DNA of 64,000 nt, taken from the NCBI RefSeq assembly GCF_003918875.1, contig NW_025767651.1, positions 310,001 through 374,000 of the forward strand. The letters run 5' to 3'. Source of the stretch: Haliotis rubra (Eukaryota). The notes under the pieces were generated by a model. The model was not told the origin of the DNA, made no database searches, and saw only the letters and a list, made by a program, of their open reading frames with translations. Position numbers and translations under genes: made by a program. This document shows, piece after piece, positions 49,539 through 62,155 of the stretch. Each line of letters begins with the position of its first letter. Position 1 is the stretch's first letter.

Positions 49539-49959
49539 CTGGAGGTTGTACTGTCGACTTATCTGGACTAAGCATTCATTCAGTACGGCTCTGTGGCAAG
49601 GCTACATGTGTGCATATCCGCAGAAGTGTAGTCAGTAGTTATCAGCATATGTGATTTTTTTCACACAACAATAATATCAAATACACAGGATCATAAGATT
49701 CCACACGTTGTCGTAAACAAGGCCACATGATGTACGTAAGTAGGTCATGTACGACGCAGAAACGTAGACACCGAATAACATCAGAAGGCCAGCACAGTTA
49801 TATTCTCGTAAATCTCGTGCAGCGGTGCAGAGCATACATATATACATTGGCTAAGATTTGATTAGCACTGCTTCTAATGAAAGAGTACAAGGCCAGCGTA
49901 TACTTATAAATTTAGCGATTCTAGTCAATAAGGTCATATATACGAACAGTTGATTAAGA

Positions 49960-50125
49960 CTGACTGACTGAGTTTGGTTTTACGCCGCTTTTAGCAATAT
50001 TCCAGCAACATCACGGCGGGGGACACCAGATATGGGCTGCACACATTGTGCCCATGTAGGGATTCGAACCCGGGCCTTCGGCGTGACGAGCCAACGCTTT
50101 AACCATTAGGCTACCCCACCGCCCC
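49960..50125 (-). mobile_element. SINE family A copy
   Basis: 13-bp TSD cagttgattaaga. Confidence 0.9.
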
Positions 50126-51148
50126 AGTTGATTAAGAACTTATAAATTTCTATAGATTAAAACTTAGGAAGACAGTCTTAGGAAGATAGTCTGTTTTAAC
50201 CTTTGTAAAGATGGACATTGAAGTATGCTTTTCATCTCCAATGCTAGTACAAAACTGTATTGCACTAAGTACAAGTTCTTTGTTATTTTTTAGATATTTG
50301 CGAACCACCTTTTTTATTGACATTCTAAATTTTACAACCCATTTTGCTAAATTATATGGTAAGTTACAAATATTCATCAATACGGGGTTGTATTTTAACA
50401 TTGCATTTTAACATAGCAAAGCAACTGTTCAAAAATAAGCGCCTTATGTTTACAATGGGTGATACCCCCTCTGCTCATTAACGGAGTTTCCGTAAAAGGC
50501 GGAAATACGAGTACGTTTTAAGTGCTTTTATTGCTATTTTACAAACTTTTGTTCAATTTTAATCACGGAAGGCGACTTTTAGAATATCCCTACAATATGC
50601 CAAAAGTTTTGTTTTCGTTCGGTTCTCCTTTTAAATAAAATACCAATGGAGAATCTAAATTTACGGTATTTCCGTTGAAACTTTAAGCGCCGGGTCTCCA
50701 ATAAGCGCCGGCCCTCATGAGAGTTAAGCGCTCTGAGAGTTTACTGAATTGATAAACGCCCAGGAACCTATGGAAATACGGTGATATAAATGTTTACCCT
50801 TTGGTAATTCCCTTGCAGTTTCACTCCATTTCTGATAAAATCTACAGTACCACGTGACCTAATTACGTCACAGTGGGCCTGATTATCTCCCTGCTCACGT
50901 GCGGCGGATTTGATAAAACGTGTATTTTTTTTAAAAAAGCATTATTTTATTAAACATTGTATAACCTCTTGTTGTATAGAAGTGCCTGGTGCTCAAGTCA
51001 TTCATAATTAGGAAATCCCATTTCACTTCAAATTGAATATTTCTGTAGATATCCAACTCAAGGAAAAATATCTTATCTGATGCTACTTCTTACTAGAGAA
51101 TGTCTATGCATGTATTAGTATATTAGTGTGCTGTTTGATCAGGCATTT

Positions 51149-51317
51149 GGGGGCGGTGGGGTAGCCTAGTGGTTAAAGCGTCCGCTCGTCACGACGAGGG
51201 CTCAGGTCCGATTCCCCCACACGGGTACAATGTGTGAGAGGCCCATTTCTGGTGTCCTCCGTCGTGATATTGCTGGAATATTGCTAAAAGCGGCGTAAAA
51301 CCACACTCACTAACTCA
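51149..51317 (+). mobile_element. SINE family A copy
   Basis: Full-length match. Confidence 0.85.
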
Positions 51318-51913
51318 TGCATGTTTTTGATGGGATATTATACATCAACTCCATATGTATGCTCTCTCTGTCACTATTCAAAATAATGAAAATTATATTT
51401 GTTTCTTCGTTCAATACTAGTGATCGAGCGAGTAGTTTCACAACGTTTCTGGCGATAGAACGTGTTAAATGCATTTTGAAACAACGAGTTGTAAGAGTGA
51501 GTGAGTTTGGTTTTACGCCGCTTTTAGTAACATTCCAGCAATATCACGGCTGGGGACACCAGAAATGGGCTTAACACATTGTACCCATGTTGTAAGATAA
51601 ATGGTATACGAAAGGCACGCTTGAATTAATCATTTTCTTACACGTCCTAAAATGGCGCCTTTTTGGCATTCAGTCGAAGAACATTTTGTGCATTTTGTTG
51701 AAGCCTTAGAGCATTAATACGTAACACAACGATCAGTGGTGACGTCATCATCTTCCTGCACATTACTCATGACGAGTATAACCAGTCTGCCTGTCTGTGA
51801 ATAAGGGTAGTGAAATCGACGGAAATGGGAGTAACGTATTAATGATTTACAATCAGGAACATATTCTCAGAATATTACCTTAGGTCTTCACCACGGAGAA
51901 ATCTATTTCACAC

Positions 51914-52065
51914 AGGGGCGGTGGGGTAGTCTGGGTTAGGTCGTCACGCCGAAGACCCGGGTTCGAATCACCACATGGGTACAATGAGTGAAGCCCATTT
52001 CTGGTGTCCCCGCCGTGATGTTGCTGGAATATTGCTAAAAGCGGCGTAAAACCAAACTCAGTCAT
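51914..52065 (+). mobile_element. SINE family A copy
   Basis: 13-bp TSD tctatttcacaca. Confidence 0.88.
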
Positions 52066-52145
52066 TCTATTTCACACATGGTTACCGTATGGTTGTTACT
52101 AGTTATCTCAAATGGGTGTCTGAACTGCTGGGCTCAAATCAGTCA

Positions 52146-52680
52146 GGGGGCGCGGTGGGCGCGGTGGGCGAGCTGGCTAAAGCGCCAGGCTAGTGATCCA
52201 GCGAGGTTGAGGTGTCGGGATCGAGCCCACCTGTGACCGGGTGTAAAAACCTTGGAGTCAACTTTGTGTGCAGACTCTTTCAGTGTTGTCACAACCCCTA
52301 GTGTACAGTACACAACCCTGTGCACTTAAAAGAACCCACGAATCCGTTGGTATATGACAAGATGGTGGCCACATGAATACGTGCAAACACCTAGTTGCGG
52401 GTACAGCAACGTGCAGTAAACTTGGACAAAGTACTGTGACTATGTGTCCCAGTCCACCCAGCTGTGAATGGGTACCTCGTTAGGATGGAAAAGCCGCAAT
52501 AACTCGGTGCGCCTTGTGGCTGCAAGAGTTGTATATTCCCAGGATTGACAATACGATGTGCCGTTGAGATTGACATCCAATGATCGAAGGGGAAAAAATA
52601 CCAGCGCCTTGAGCATGCACTAGTTACCTGGATATGGGCGCTATATAAATATCATATAATAACAACAAAATAATAATAAA
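52146..52680 (+). mobile_element. Composite SINE: tRNA head + V-like domain + Deu/Nin-like domain + L2-type tail
   Basis: Head with ggatcgagcc B-box; gagtcaactttgtgtgcagactct..gcacttaaaagaaccca; gtccacccagctgtgaatgggtacct; tail agcgccttgagc..ggcgctatataaat. Confidence 0.78.
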
Positions 52681-52964
52681 ATCTGAAGTATTCTCACGCA
52701 AGTATAGAAAATGTGGCAAGTCTACGATTTCCTCTAATGAAGAAAGTCTCAGGTCTCCTTTTCATTATATTATATTTTTACTATGAACTTTTTTTCAGTA
52801 AAATAACCTAGGAGTCTGCCAGGAAGGTAATTAAGAACGATACGATTCAGTTGCTTGAGCTTAAAACCGGACCTGCACCTCTTCTGGCGCCGCCATCCAG
52901 CGATTTGAGCAGCACCCGCGCGACCAATATACGGTGAATAAGTAGTGTTATGTTATCCGACCTG

Positions 52965-53071
52965 GGTCCAGATTCACAAAGCGTTCGTAACGTTACGACC
53001 TGTCGTAATTCCATAGTTTATCACAGGTTCACGCATGACGGAGCGCTGCGCACGTTTTGTGCATCGGGACC
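52965..53071. mobile_element. PIF/Harbinger-like MITE
   Basis: TIR ggtccagattcacaaagcgt / acgttttgtgcatcgggacc; TSD CTG. Confidence 0.6.
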
Positions 53072-53695
53072 CTGTATTCTATCTTTTTGCTAACTACACC
53101 AAACCAAATGTAAATACGTTGTTTCACTGTCCCAACTAACCTGTACCAAGGGCAGATAACTACAAAATATTTTCATTTTAAGCCACTACAAATAGCTGCA
53201 AAAAGCTAACCTGCCCTTCCATACTTGTTTTATATTGAAATTTATTCCAAAACGTCCTAAGTTTGAAGCGCTGCAGTTTGGTTAAAGCCGCATTTTGCAA
53301 TATCGCATCAATACCAAACTGGGAATGCATGTAAATACAATGTCCATGTGCATTATGTACATGTTGTTTGTTTACTTCTTTACTCTTCGGACTACACATA
53401 ACACAGCAGAAATTGCTTTTGAGACGCTAGAAATAGTTACATTCGTGATTGGACATACATCGCCAAATGTTACTACCGGGTACCCATTTACTGCAGGGCG
53501 AACGGGGACATGCTTCGACTAAAGGAACTTGCCTAAGGAGAAATGACATGCTGAATGCGAGGCAGGGCAAGAATGATTATCACATGGATATCCCATTATC
53601 AGACATAGTATACCGATAGTGCACCCGTCCTTTATGTCTTTAACGCTGAATGCCTGACATGGCAACAATAAGTACCACATGGATACATCTTTCAG

Positions 53696-53943
53696 AGTGA
53701 GTGAGTGAGTTTTGTTTACGCCGCACTCAGCAATATTCCAGCTATATGACGGCGGTCTGTAAATAATCGAGCCTGGACCAGGCAATCCAGTGATCAACAG
53801 TATGAGCATCGATCTGCGCAATTGGGAACCGATGACATGTGTCAACCAAGTCAGCGAGCCTGACGACCGGATCCCGTTCGTCGCCTCTTACGACAGGCAT
53901 GGGTTACTGAAGATCAACATTCTAACCCGGACCTTCACGGGTC
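53696..53943 (-). mobile_element. Family B copy
   Basis: Full length; TSD acatc(t/a)ttcaga. Confidence 0.88.
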
Positions 53944-54684
53944 ACATCATTCAGATATAGTATTCTGACTCGAAACGTCGACAAAGGGAACTTGCCTAAG
54001 GAGACATCACATGGACATGTGCTTCAGGATCACAGAACTCTCTGGAGTCAGGATGAAGGGTCATCCATCCAACTATTAATCACTACCCTGATTAAACACT
54101 GTCCTTCGTCTCCCAGGCCGTGGAGAATGAATATAGAAACAAGTCCGTCTCAAGTCTGGAAGTCTTTAAATAAAGCAGTGCTCAGAACTCTATTTATATT
54201 TTTGCAGACATATATTTTTAAGTATTAGAACTTTATTTTGGTACTTAATGTTACTCAGCTGTGTGGTAGACACAAAACCACATGTCCAATTCTTTTGAAG
54301 GAGTCAGTTCCATTGAAAGAGTACAACTACAATGGAGAGCACTCAGAGCTCTCAACCGGAATTCCTCCGCGAAAAGAACGCGTTGAAAACGAGAATCCTA
54401 AAGTTAGCGGCAGATTTGGTTTTAGTTATTCAATTTTCGAAGTCGTTGCTTACAAAGTACTGAATAACGAAACTTTGGGAAGATGGAATGAAGGAAAACT
54501 TTTTTGATTTTCATGGATAATTTTAGGTTCAAAGGAGATATTGTGTTTTCTGTTTGTTTTTGTTTTGTTAGCAAGAGCTTTCTGTCTTTTGGGTTATATT
54601 TTTCTCGATAAATTAATATCATGAACTCAGAATACACCGGTAGCTGAAAGGTCACATGATAAACCGATGTATAACTGAATGGAG

Positions 54685-55545
54685 AACTGTCTTGGAATTA
54701 ACCCCTTTATAACTCACTTGATAACAGTCTTTGGGTTAACCCTTTATAACTCACTAGATAACAGTCTTGTGGTTAACCCCTTTATAACTCACTAGATAAT
54801 AGTCTTGGGGTTAAGTCTTGGGGTTAACCCTTTATACCTCACTAGATAACAGTCTTGGGGTTAACCTCTTTATACCTCACTATTTAACAGTCTTGGGCGA
54901 ACCCTTTATAACTCACTAGATAACAGTCTTGGGGTTAACCCCTTTATACTCACTAGATAACAGTCTTGGGGTTAACCCCTTTATAACTCACTATATAACA
55001 GTCTTGGGCGAACCCTTTATAACTCACTATATAACAGTCTTGGGGTTAACCCTTGCATACCTCACTAGATAACAGTCTTGGGGTTAACCCTTTATAACTC
55101 ACTAGATAACAGTCCTGGAATTAACCCCTTTATAACTCACTAGATAACGGTCTTGGAATTAACCCTTTATAACTCACTAGATAACAGTCTTGGAATTAAC
55201 CCCTTTATAACTCACTAGATAACTGTCTTGGAATTAACCCCTTTATACCTCACTAGATAACTGTCTTGGAATTAACTCCTAACCCTTTATAACTTAGATA
55301 ACAGTCTTCAAGGGTTAATCCCTTTATAAACTAGATATCAGCCTTGGAATTAACCCTTTACTAGATAACAGTCTTGGGGTTAACCCTTTATACCTCACTA
55401 GATAACAGTCTTGGGGTTAACCCTTTTATACCTCACTAGATAACTGTCTTCGGGTTAACCCCTTATTACTAACAGTCACCCTTTATTGATAAATCTCTTG
55501 GGGTTTACCCCCCACCAAAAAAAAACTAATTTGATAACTGTCTTG
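54685..55545. repeat. Minisatellite, ~38-bp unit x ~20
   Basis: ttaacccctttataactcactagataacagtcttgggg. Confidence 0.95.
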
Positions 55546-55984
55546 GCTGGTTTCGTTGCCCTAATGTTAAAATCATAACTTACTCCTTTTTCCAGTCTGA
55601 ATAACCTTAACCATATTTTTTTTCATGATAATTACAATGATTATGGATGATATGGCTTGGCACATCGATCTGTGTACACAACTGGCCATGTGTCAAAATA
55701 AACCAGACGAGGCTGGGGCCGACCTGAAAGTTTGTGTCCTTTGCTCACATCTCTTTGGGGGAGAAGGAACAGCTGGATGATTCATTCCGTGAAGATCCGG
55801 TTAATTGGCCTTCAGTTCACTAACGGGAGCGGGTGGTCAGGCTCGCTGACTTGGTTGACACATGTCATCGTATCCCAATTGCGTAGGTCGATGTTCATGC
55901 TGTTGATCACTGGATTGTCTGGCTCAGACTGGATTGCTTGCAGTCCATAGCTGGAAACCTGAGCTTGTCGTTTAACAGACAAAT

Positions 55985-58460
55985 CTGCCCATTTGAAGAA
56001 CTTAAAAGTCTTGAAGGCCTTTATCTATTTGGGATAAGATCGCATAATCGCTTGTAGTCGCATCTAAACGCCCTTCCACACTGTAACACATGGTGGCTTT
56101 CATCCCATATCGCCTGCAACAGCACCGTTGGCGTTAACTTCTTAACCCCCATAAAATACCTCATACCTCGGTCATGCTCTGCGTTCACGTCTGGTATATG
56201 AAATCATCCCCATATTGCAGCACCGAAGTCGATAGTTACCCTCACCATGGAATCGTTGAGCGTTGTAAACCCCCTTTATTACATTCCTCCTCGCAATTTG
56301 CTGTTGGATGTAAGAAGTCTTCGGGTCTACAAGCAGCGTTTGCTATAACATTTCCTATCCAATTGTAGTCCAGATGTTCCCGTTTACAGTAGGCCCAGAA
56401 ATTTATAGTGTTCCACCTCTTGGACTGACTGACTCCTGCTATACAATTTGCGAACTGGCATACATTTATTATTACAGGCACAATCGACTTAGTCGATCAA
56501 GCTCATTTTGACTTTCAGCTGCAAAATAACATAATCGCACTGACACACATGTCGTCAATATGTAGAACCGTCGCCACGTCTTTTAATGTAGATATTAAAT
56601 CTGCAATCTACTGATTAAACAGAAAAGGATCCCTGTTAGCATCCGTGTCGTAATCCATTCTTTACGTTGAACCCATTAATCCAGACACACGACTGACACG
56701 TCCATTAAAAGTACTTTCTTAAATCTCAGTATCCCCCAGCCTGCCCCGAAAAATACCTCTGTTGATGCAGTCATAAACTTTCTTAAAACGGTACCCTTAA
56801 AACATTATGAACAACGAATGCAACAATGCCCTCTCTCACCATCCACTTTTCTGGACGTGGCAGTCGATATATGGGTTTACCCCCCGTTTGCCAGCAGCCA
56901 GCAGGGGATTACCCCGGATATGCGGGCACACATTGATAAGCGACATGCTGTGCTGTTCCTGTAGGTGGTAATTGACTAATACATGGCTGTGGCTGTTCCT
57001 GTAGGTGGTAATTAGGCTACCCATGGGACATGGCTGTGGCTGTTCCTGTAGGTGGTAATTAGACTACCCATGGGACATGGCTGTGGCTGTTCCTGTAGGT
57101 GGTAATTAGACTACCCATGGGACATGGCTGTGGCTGTTCCTGTAGGTGGTAATTAGACTACCCATGGGACATGGCTGTGGCTGTTCCTGTAGGTGGTAAT
57201 TAGACTACCCATGGGACATGGCTGTGGCTGTTCCTGTAGGTGGTAATTAGACTACCCATGGGACATGGCTGTGGCTGTTCCTGTAGGTGGTAATTAGGAC
57301 TACCCATGGGACATGGCTGTGGCTGTTCCTGTAGGGTGGTCCTGTAGGTGGTGATTAGACTACCCATAGACTACTACCCATGGGACATGGCTGTGGCTGT
57401 TCCTGTAGGTGGTAATTAGACTACCCATGGGACATGGCTGTGGCTGTTCCTGTAGGTGGTAATTAGGACTACCCATGGGACATGGCTGTGGCTGTTCCTG
57501 TAGGTGGTAATTAGACTACCCATGGGACATGGCTGTGGCTGTTCCTGTAGGTGGTATTAGACTACCCATGGGACATGGCTGTGGCTGTTCCTGTAGGTGG
57601 TAATTAGACTACCCATGGGACATGGCTGTGGCTGTTCCTGTAGGTGGGACTACCCATGGGTTCCTGTGGGTGGCATGGGACATGGCTGTGGCCTTCCTGT
57701 AGGTGGTAATTAGACTACCCATGGGACATGGCTGTGGCTGTTCCTGTAGGTGGTAATTAGACTACCCATGGGACATGGCTGTGGCTGTTCCTGTAGGTGG
57801 TAATTAGGCTACCCATGGGACATGGCTGTGGCTGTTCCTGTAGGTGGTAATTAGACTACCCATGGGACATGGCTGTGGCTATTCCTGTAGGTGGTAATTA
57901 GACTACCCATGGGACATGGCTGTGGCTGTTCCTGTAGGTGGTAATTAGGCTACCCATGGGACATGGCTGTGGCTGTTCCTGTAGGTGGTAATTAGGCTAC
58001 CCATGGGACATGGCTGTGGCTGTTCCATTAGGCTGTGGCTGTTCCTGTAGGTGGTAATTAGGCTACCCATGGGACATGGCTGTGGCTGTTCCTGTAGGGG
58101 GTAATTAGGCTACCCATGGGACATGGGTGTGGCTGTTCCTTTTGGTGGTGATGAAGTTGTTGGCGGTCTTGGTTTTTTCAGGACATCCTGTCTTACCTTA
58201 CAACACTTCCAGTGCACAGTCCCTCGTCTTCCGGTTTTCACCCGGAACTTGTGCAGATCATATACTAATGCTCACTGCAACAAACAGTTCTGTTCATCAG
58301 ACAAAATCTCATTACTTTCACATGCCCGGTTAGTCTGTTGTTTACTATCCCACAATAATGCTTATCAGAAGAAACTGTTGACGTTAATACCTCTGCGTAT
58401 AGGAGCGGGTCGTGTCGGTCCGCCTTTGCCGACTTTCTTATTGGGTTAAAAACTTCTCTT
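55985..58460 (-). mobile_element. Decayed LINE reverse transcriptase (RTE-X-like), split by a 47-bp minisatellite
   Basis: Frameshifted motifs NPIRK..DPLLYRG..YCGIVNNRL..ILSDEQN (58280-58450); KVYDCINR, VEHYKFLG, IDFGAAIWG, MRYFMGVKK..VAGDMG (56000-56800). Confidence 0.7.
56943..58145. repeat. Minisatellite, 47-bp unit x ~25
   Basis: catggctgtggctgttcctgtaggtggtaattagactacccatggga. Confidence 0.96.
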
Positions 58461-58788
58461 GTCCATCGCAGGCACCTTTCGTGCATGTAGCTGCATGTAT
58501 ATATGTGTTATAGTGACTAATGCAGGACAACCATCGTCCAAATATCCCCCACAAAAAACTATCAGGCCTTAAGAAAACTTTCCCACTGTGCAGAAAAACG
58601 CAGAAAATCCCACATTAATCGTGGAAATAGCAACATAAACATAATACCTCGCTACCTACTTCTTTGGTAGGCCTGACAATGTAGCCAAGAAATGTGAGAA
58701 TAAATTGTAATTATTTAATCTGCAGTTTTGATCCTTGTCGCTGCCGCAGTGTACATTGTCTTGTCAGCCACCCTGTACCACTCTTACT

Positions 58789-58962
58789 GGGGCGGTGGGG
58801 TAGCCTAGTGGTTAAAGCGTTCGCTCGTCACGCCGAAGACCCGGGTTCGATTCCCCACATGGGCACAATGTGTGAGGCCCATTTCTGGTGTCCCCCGCCG
58901 TGATATTGCTGGAATATTGCTAAAAGCAGCGTAAAAATAAACTCAGTCAGTCAGTCAGTCAT
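58789..58962 (+). mobile_element. SINE family A copy
   Basis: Full-length, close to consensus. Confidence 0.9.
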
Positions 58963-59370
58963 TAATTACTGTATGTGACCTTTATAGCTTTATTGGCCAT
59001 CCCCCTTGGTCGTGTCTGCCATCACATCAACTGGTCAAAGAAGTGCTATTGTTTCTCTATCTGTCCATTGTTGAATCGTCGCCTGTCCACTGTTGTCAAA
59101 AACTATATAATTATATGCTCACATCTATATCGTCAGAGTCCGGTATTCCGACTGTCTGCACAGGGACGACCGTGAGCAAGATAATGCCGCTCGTAGGAAA
59201 CGCCCTGGGGTTGAACAGGTACTCCGCTCACCTCATTTATGTATACTTGTTTATATCATGTCTTGTGGAACCAACTAAAGAAGTTTGAACTCACCCTATC
59301 ACTTCCTCTTCGTCAACGCACACTTCCTTTTAAGTATGACTACACAGACCACACATCTACGCGTTGACGT

Positions 59371-59862
59371 AAGCATGAATACCCTACCCAGACACAGTAT
59401 ACTGACTCCGAGCCGACCAGTCCTTGTTGTACCCATTAATGCCGAGCGCCAGGCAGGGACCAACAAGTACCATATTGAAACGTCTTTTGGTATGACGCGG
59501 CCGGGGATCGAACCCGCGACCTTCCGCTCTCCGGGCGGACGCTCTAACCACTACACAACGTAGGCGATTGAAACAAACATGAGGTGGTGAGGTGAGGTGA
59601 AATTGGGCTTAACGTCGTGCTTGAGAATATTTCGCTCATATGACGACGTGCATGCGTGTGTTTTTGGTATGTGCGGCTGCTTGTACTAGCCCAGACTGAA
59701 GCTGGTTTTATAGTGCTAGCCCACTGAGATACCATGCCGCAGTGAAGCATGAATACCCCACTCAGACACATTATACTGACTCCGAGCCGACCAGTCTTTG
59801 TTGTACCCACTAATGCCGAGCGCCAGGCAGGGACCAACAAGTACCAAATTTTAACGTCTTTT
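59371..59862 (-). mobile_element. Two adjacent partial SINE family C copies
   Basis: 59371-59565 is the 5' half; 59582-59862 is the 3' portion without head. Confidence 0.85.
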
Positions 59863-60659
59863 CACTGCGGTCGGGGAGAAGATATATGTTAGAGAAAGAA
59901 CGGTAGGATAGAGACAGAGGAAGAAGAAATCATAAGTGGAGACTTACAGCGTTCGAATTCTATGTCCACGTTACCATGACAACGAAAAGCATTTTATTTT
60001 GTGCCGCTTATAATCAGTCCCAGTCCAACCTACATATAATTTGGGTTCATTCTTGAATCACTAAGCTACGCTAGGTAATCTCACACTCCGTAATCTACTC
60101 CGTTATATAATTGAAATACTGTTCAAAGCGGTGGTAAACCTGATCTATCTGCTCATCCTCTCCACGCTAAACATCCCCACTAACTTCTTTCATGTGTTTA
60201 CGAAGAAGTAATTGAATCTATGCAACAGACACGAGTTCTCGAGCCTCCCCTAACCACACGTGGCTTCACGTAATCAGCGAGAGATCAACGAAATTACCAA
60301 GCCATTCCCCTCCTCTCACGCACGGCGCTTCACTGCCAGGAGCTCTTGAGTTATAGATGCCACATTGGAATGCGAGCTCCCCGCACGCCATGTCGCCTGA
60401 TGACGTAATAGAGTTAGATTGCAACCAGATTACGGGGGATTGGAGGTGGGGTGACCGAGGCCTCAATGAAAGTTGTATTTTTCAAATCTGAACTTACGTT
60501 TACTCTTTGAAAATGTAAAACTTCGAGAGAAACAAATAGCTAAATTTAAATTGAAAAGGAGCCCAGTGAGCTCAGAGAATCAGAACATGGGGAGATCAAG
60601 ATTTGCTTCACTCAGGAAGTTTGCGCTGGTGAAAGGTTCGGCGGAATGGAAAATGATGT

Positions 60660-60876
60660 TGTTTATTTGTTGTTTAACACCGCACTCAGCAATATTCCAT
60701 TTTTATGTAAATAATCGAGTCTGGACCAGACAGTAAAGCAATCAACATCATAAACATCGATCTACGCAGTTGGATACGATGACCTTTGTCAACTAACACC
60801 ACCCGATCCCGTTAGTCGCGTCTTACAACAAACATGGGTAGCTGAAGTCCAATTCTAACCCGGATCTTCACGGGTC
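60660..60876 (-). mobile_element. Family B copy (diverged)
   Basis: Head ends ...cacgggtc. Confidence 0.8.
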
Positions 60877-61059
60877 GGACAATAATGTACGTGGTTCATG
60901 GACTGAAAGACAGACTAACTTCAATGTAACTTCGCAAAGCGGTGTCAGCACTTGTATTATAACATACAATCTGTACTTTAATGATGATAACAGTGTTTGA
61001 GGAGGTTAAAACTTCTTTGTTTCAGTTTGTCTTTATTACATCAATTGATCACTATAATA

Positions 61060-61640
61060 AATGGAATAGGCCTATATACAGCCTCAGAAGAATTCCAGCT
61101 AACAAACCTGATCTTGTCCTTTTTGATAAAGCCAATGAATTTATTTATATCGTTGAATTTTCTGTCCCTTTTGACACCAATGTGATTGGCAAGATTAAGG
61201 AAAAGCATGATATCTTTTCTCAGTATATCTCGTGAAAAGCATGATAAATATGCGGACCTCGCCTTTGAAATGTCTCGCTTGCATCCCAAGTACACTGTCG
61301 TCAGGCTCCCCATTGTTCTCGGTGCCCTTGGTTTGGTACCTCCTGATCTCTTGGCACAGATCAGGAGAGTGCCCGGGTTTTCCACCGGGAGCACAGCCCT
61401 TCTGATACTCTGGGTAATGCAGAAGGCTGCAGTGTTGGGGAGCCTCCATATTCTCCGGAAAGTTCTTGGTGGGTTCGACTAGGCAGCGTTTCCTGGGAGA
61501 AGTCCCATTCGCTGTCTGGGCTGCGTGTAGAGGGAGCAAGGGCCCTGAGCTGATGATGAGCCTTACCAGCCTGACTGTGCCAGGATCACCCGAACCCTCT
61601 CTGCTGCATACAATTTTTAATCTGTAAAACATAATAATAG
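61060..61640 (+). mobile_element. R4/Dong-like non-LTR retrotransposon 3' fragment (restriction-like endonuclease)
   Basis: NKPDLVLFDK...IVEFSVPFD....KHDKYADLAFEM....PIVLGALG...MQKAAVLGSLHILRKVL* is a PD-(D/E)xK REL domain; frameshift at 61213-61246; ends in taataa. Confidence 0.85.
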
Positions 61641-61769
61641 TTTATTTTGGTGTTATGTGTACAGGTGGATAAAATACATATACATTCATTTTTAACACAC
61701 CGGGCCATAACGGGCCGAAAAGACACCTAAGCTTAAAATTACAGACATTACCAAACATTGCATCACTGC

Positions 61770-62155
61770 AGAGATCGTCTCGTCCAGACTCGATTATTTT
61801 CAGACCGCTGCAATATTGCTGGAATATTGCTGGGTGCGGCGTTAGACAACAAATCAAGCGTGTGAGTGAGTGAGTGAGTTTAATCCACTCTCAGCAATAT
61901 TTCAGCTATATGGCGGCGGTCTGTAAATAATCGAGTCTGGACCAGGCAATCCAGTGATCAACAGCATGAGTATCGATCTGCGCAATTAGGAACCGATGAC
62001 ATGTGTCAACCAAGCCAGCGACAGTCGATAGAGGCGACTAACGGGATCGGGCGGTCAGGCTCGCTGGCTTGGATAACACATGTCATCGGTTCCCAATTGC
62101 CCAGATCGATGCTTATTCTGTGCGGCGAAAAACTAAACTCACTCACTCACTCACT
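61770..62155. mobile_element. Cluster of three rearranged family B fragments (+,-,+)
   Basis: Partial matches in alternating orientation. Confidence 0.75.

Noticed and set aside
58789-58860. tRNA-Asp-like sequence (here and in other family A and C heads)
   Set aside because: No proper acceptor stem; always fused to a SINE body and tail, often with TSDs. These are not tRNA genes.
61549-61600. CTGATGA...GAAC in the R4-like 3' UTR as a hammerhead
   Set aside because: No GAAA core and no convincing stems I and III.
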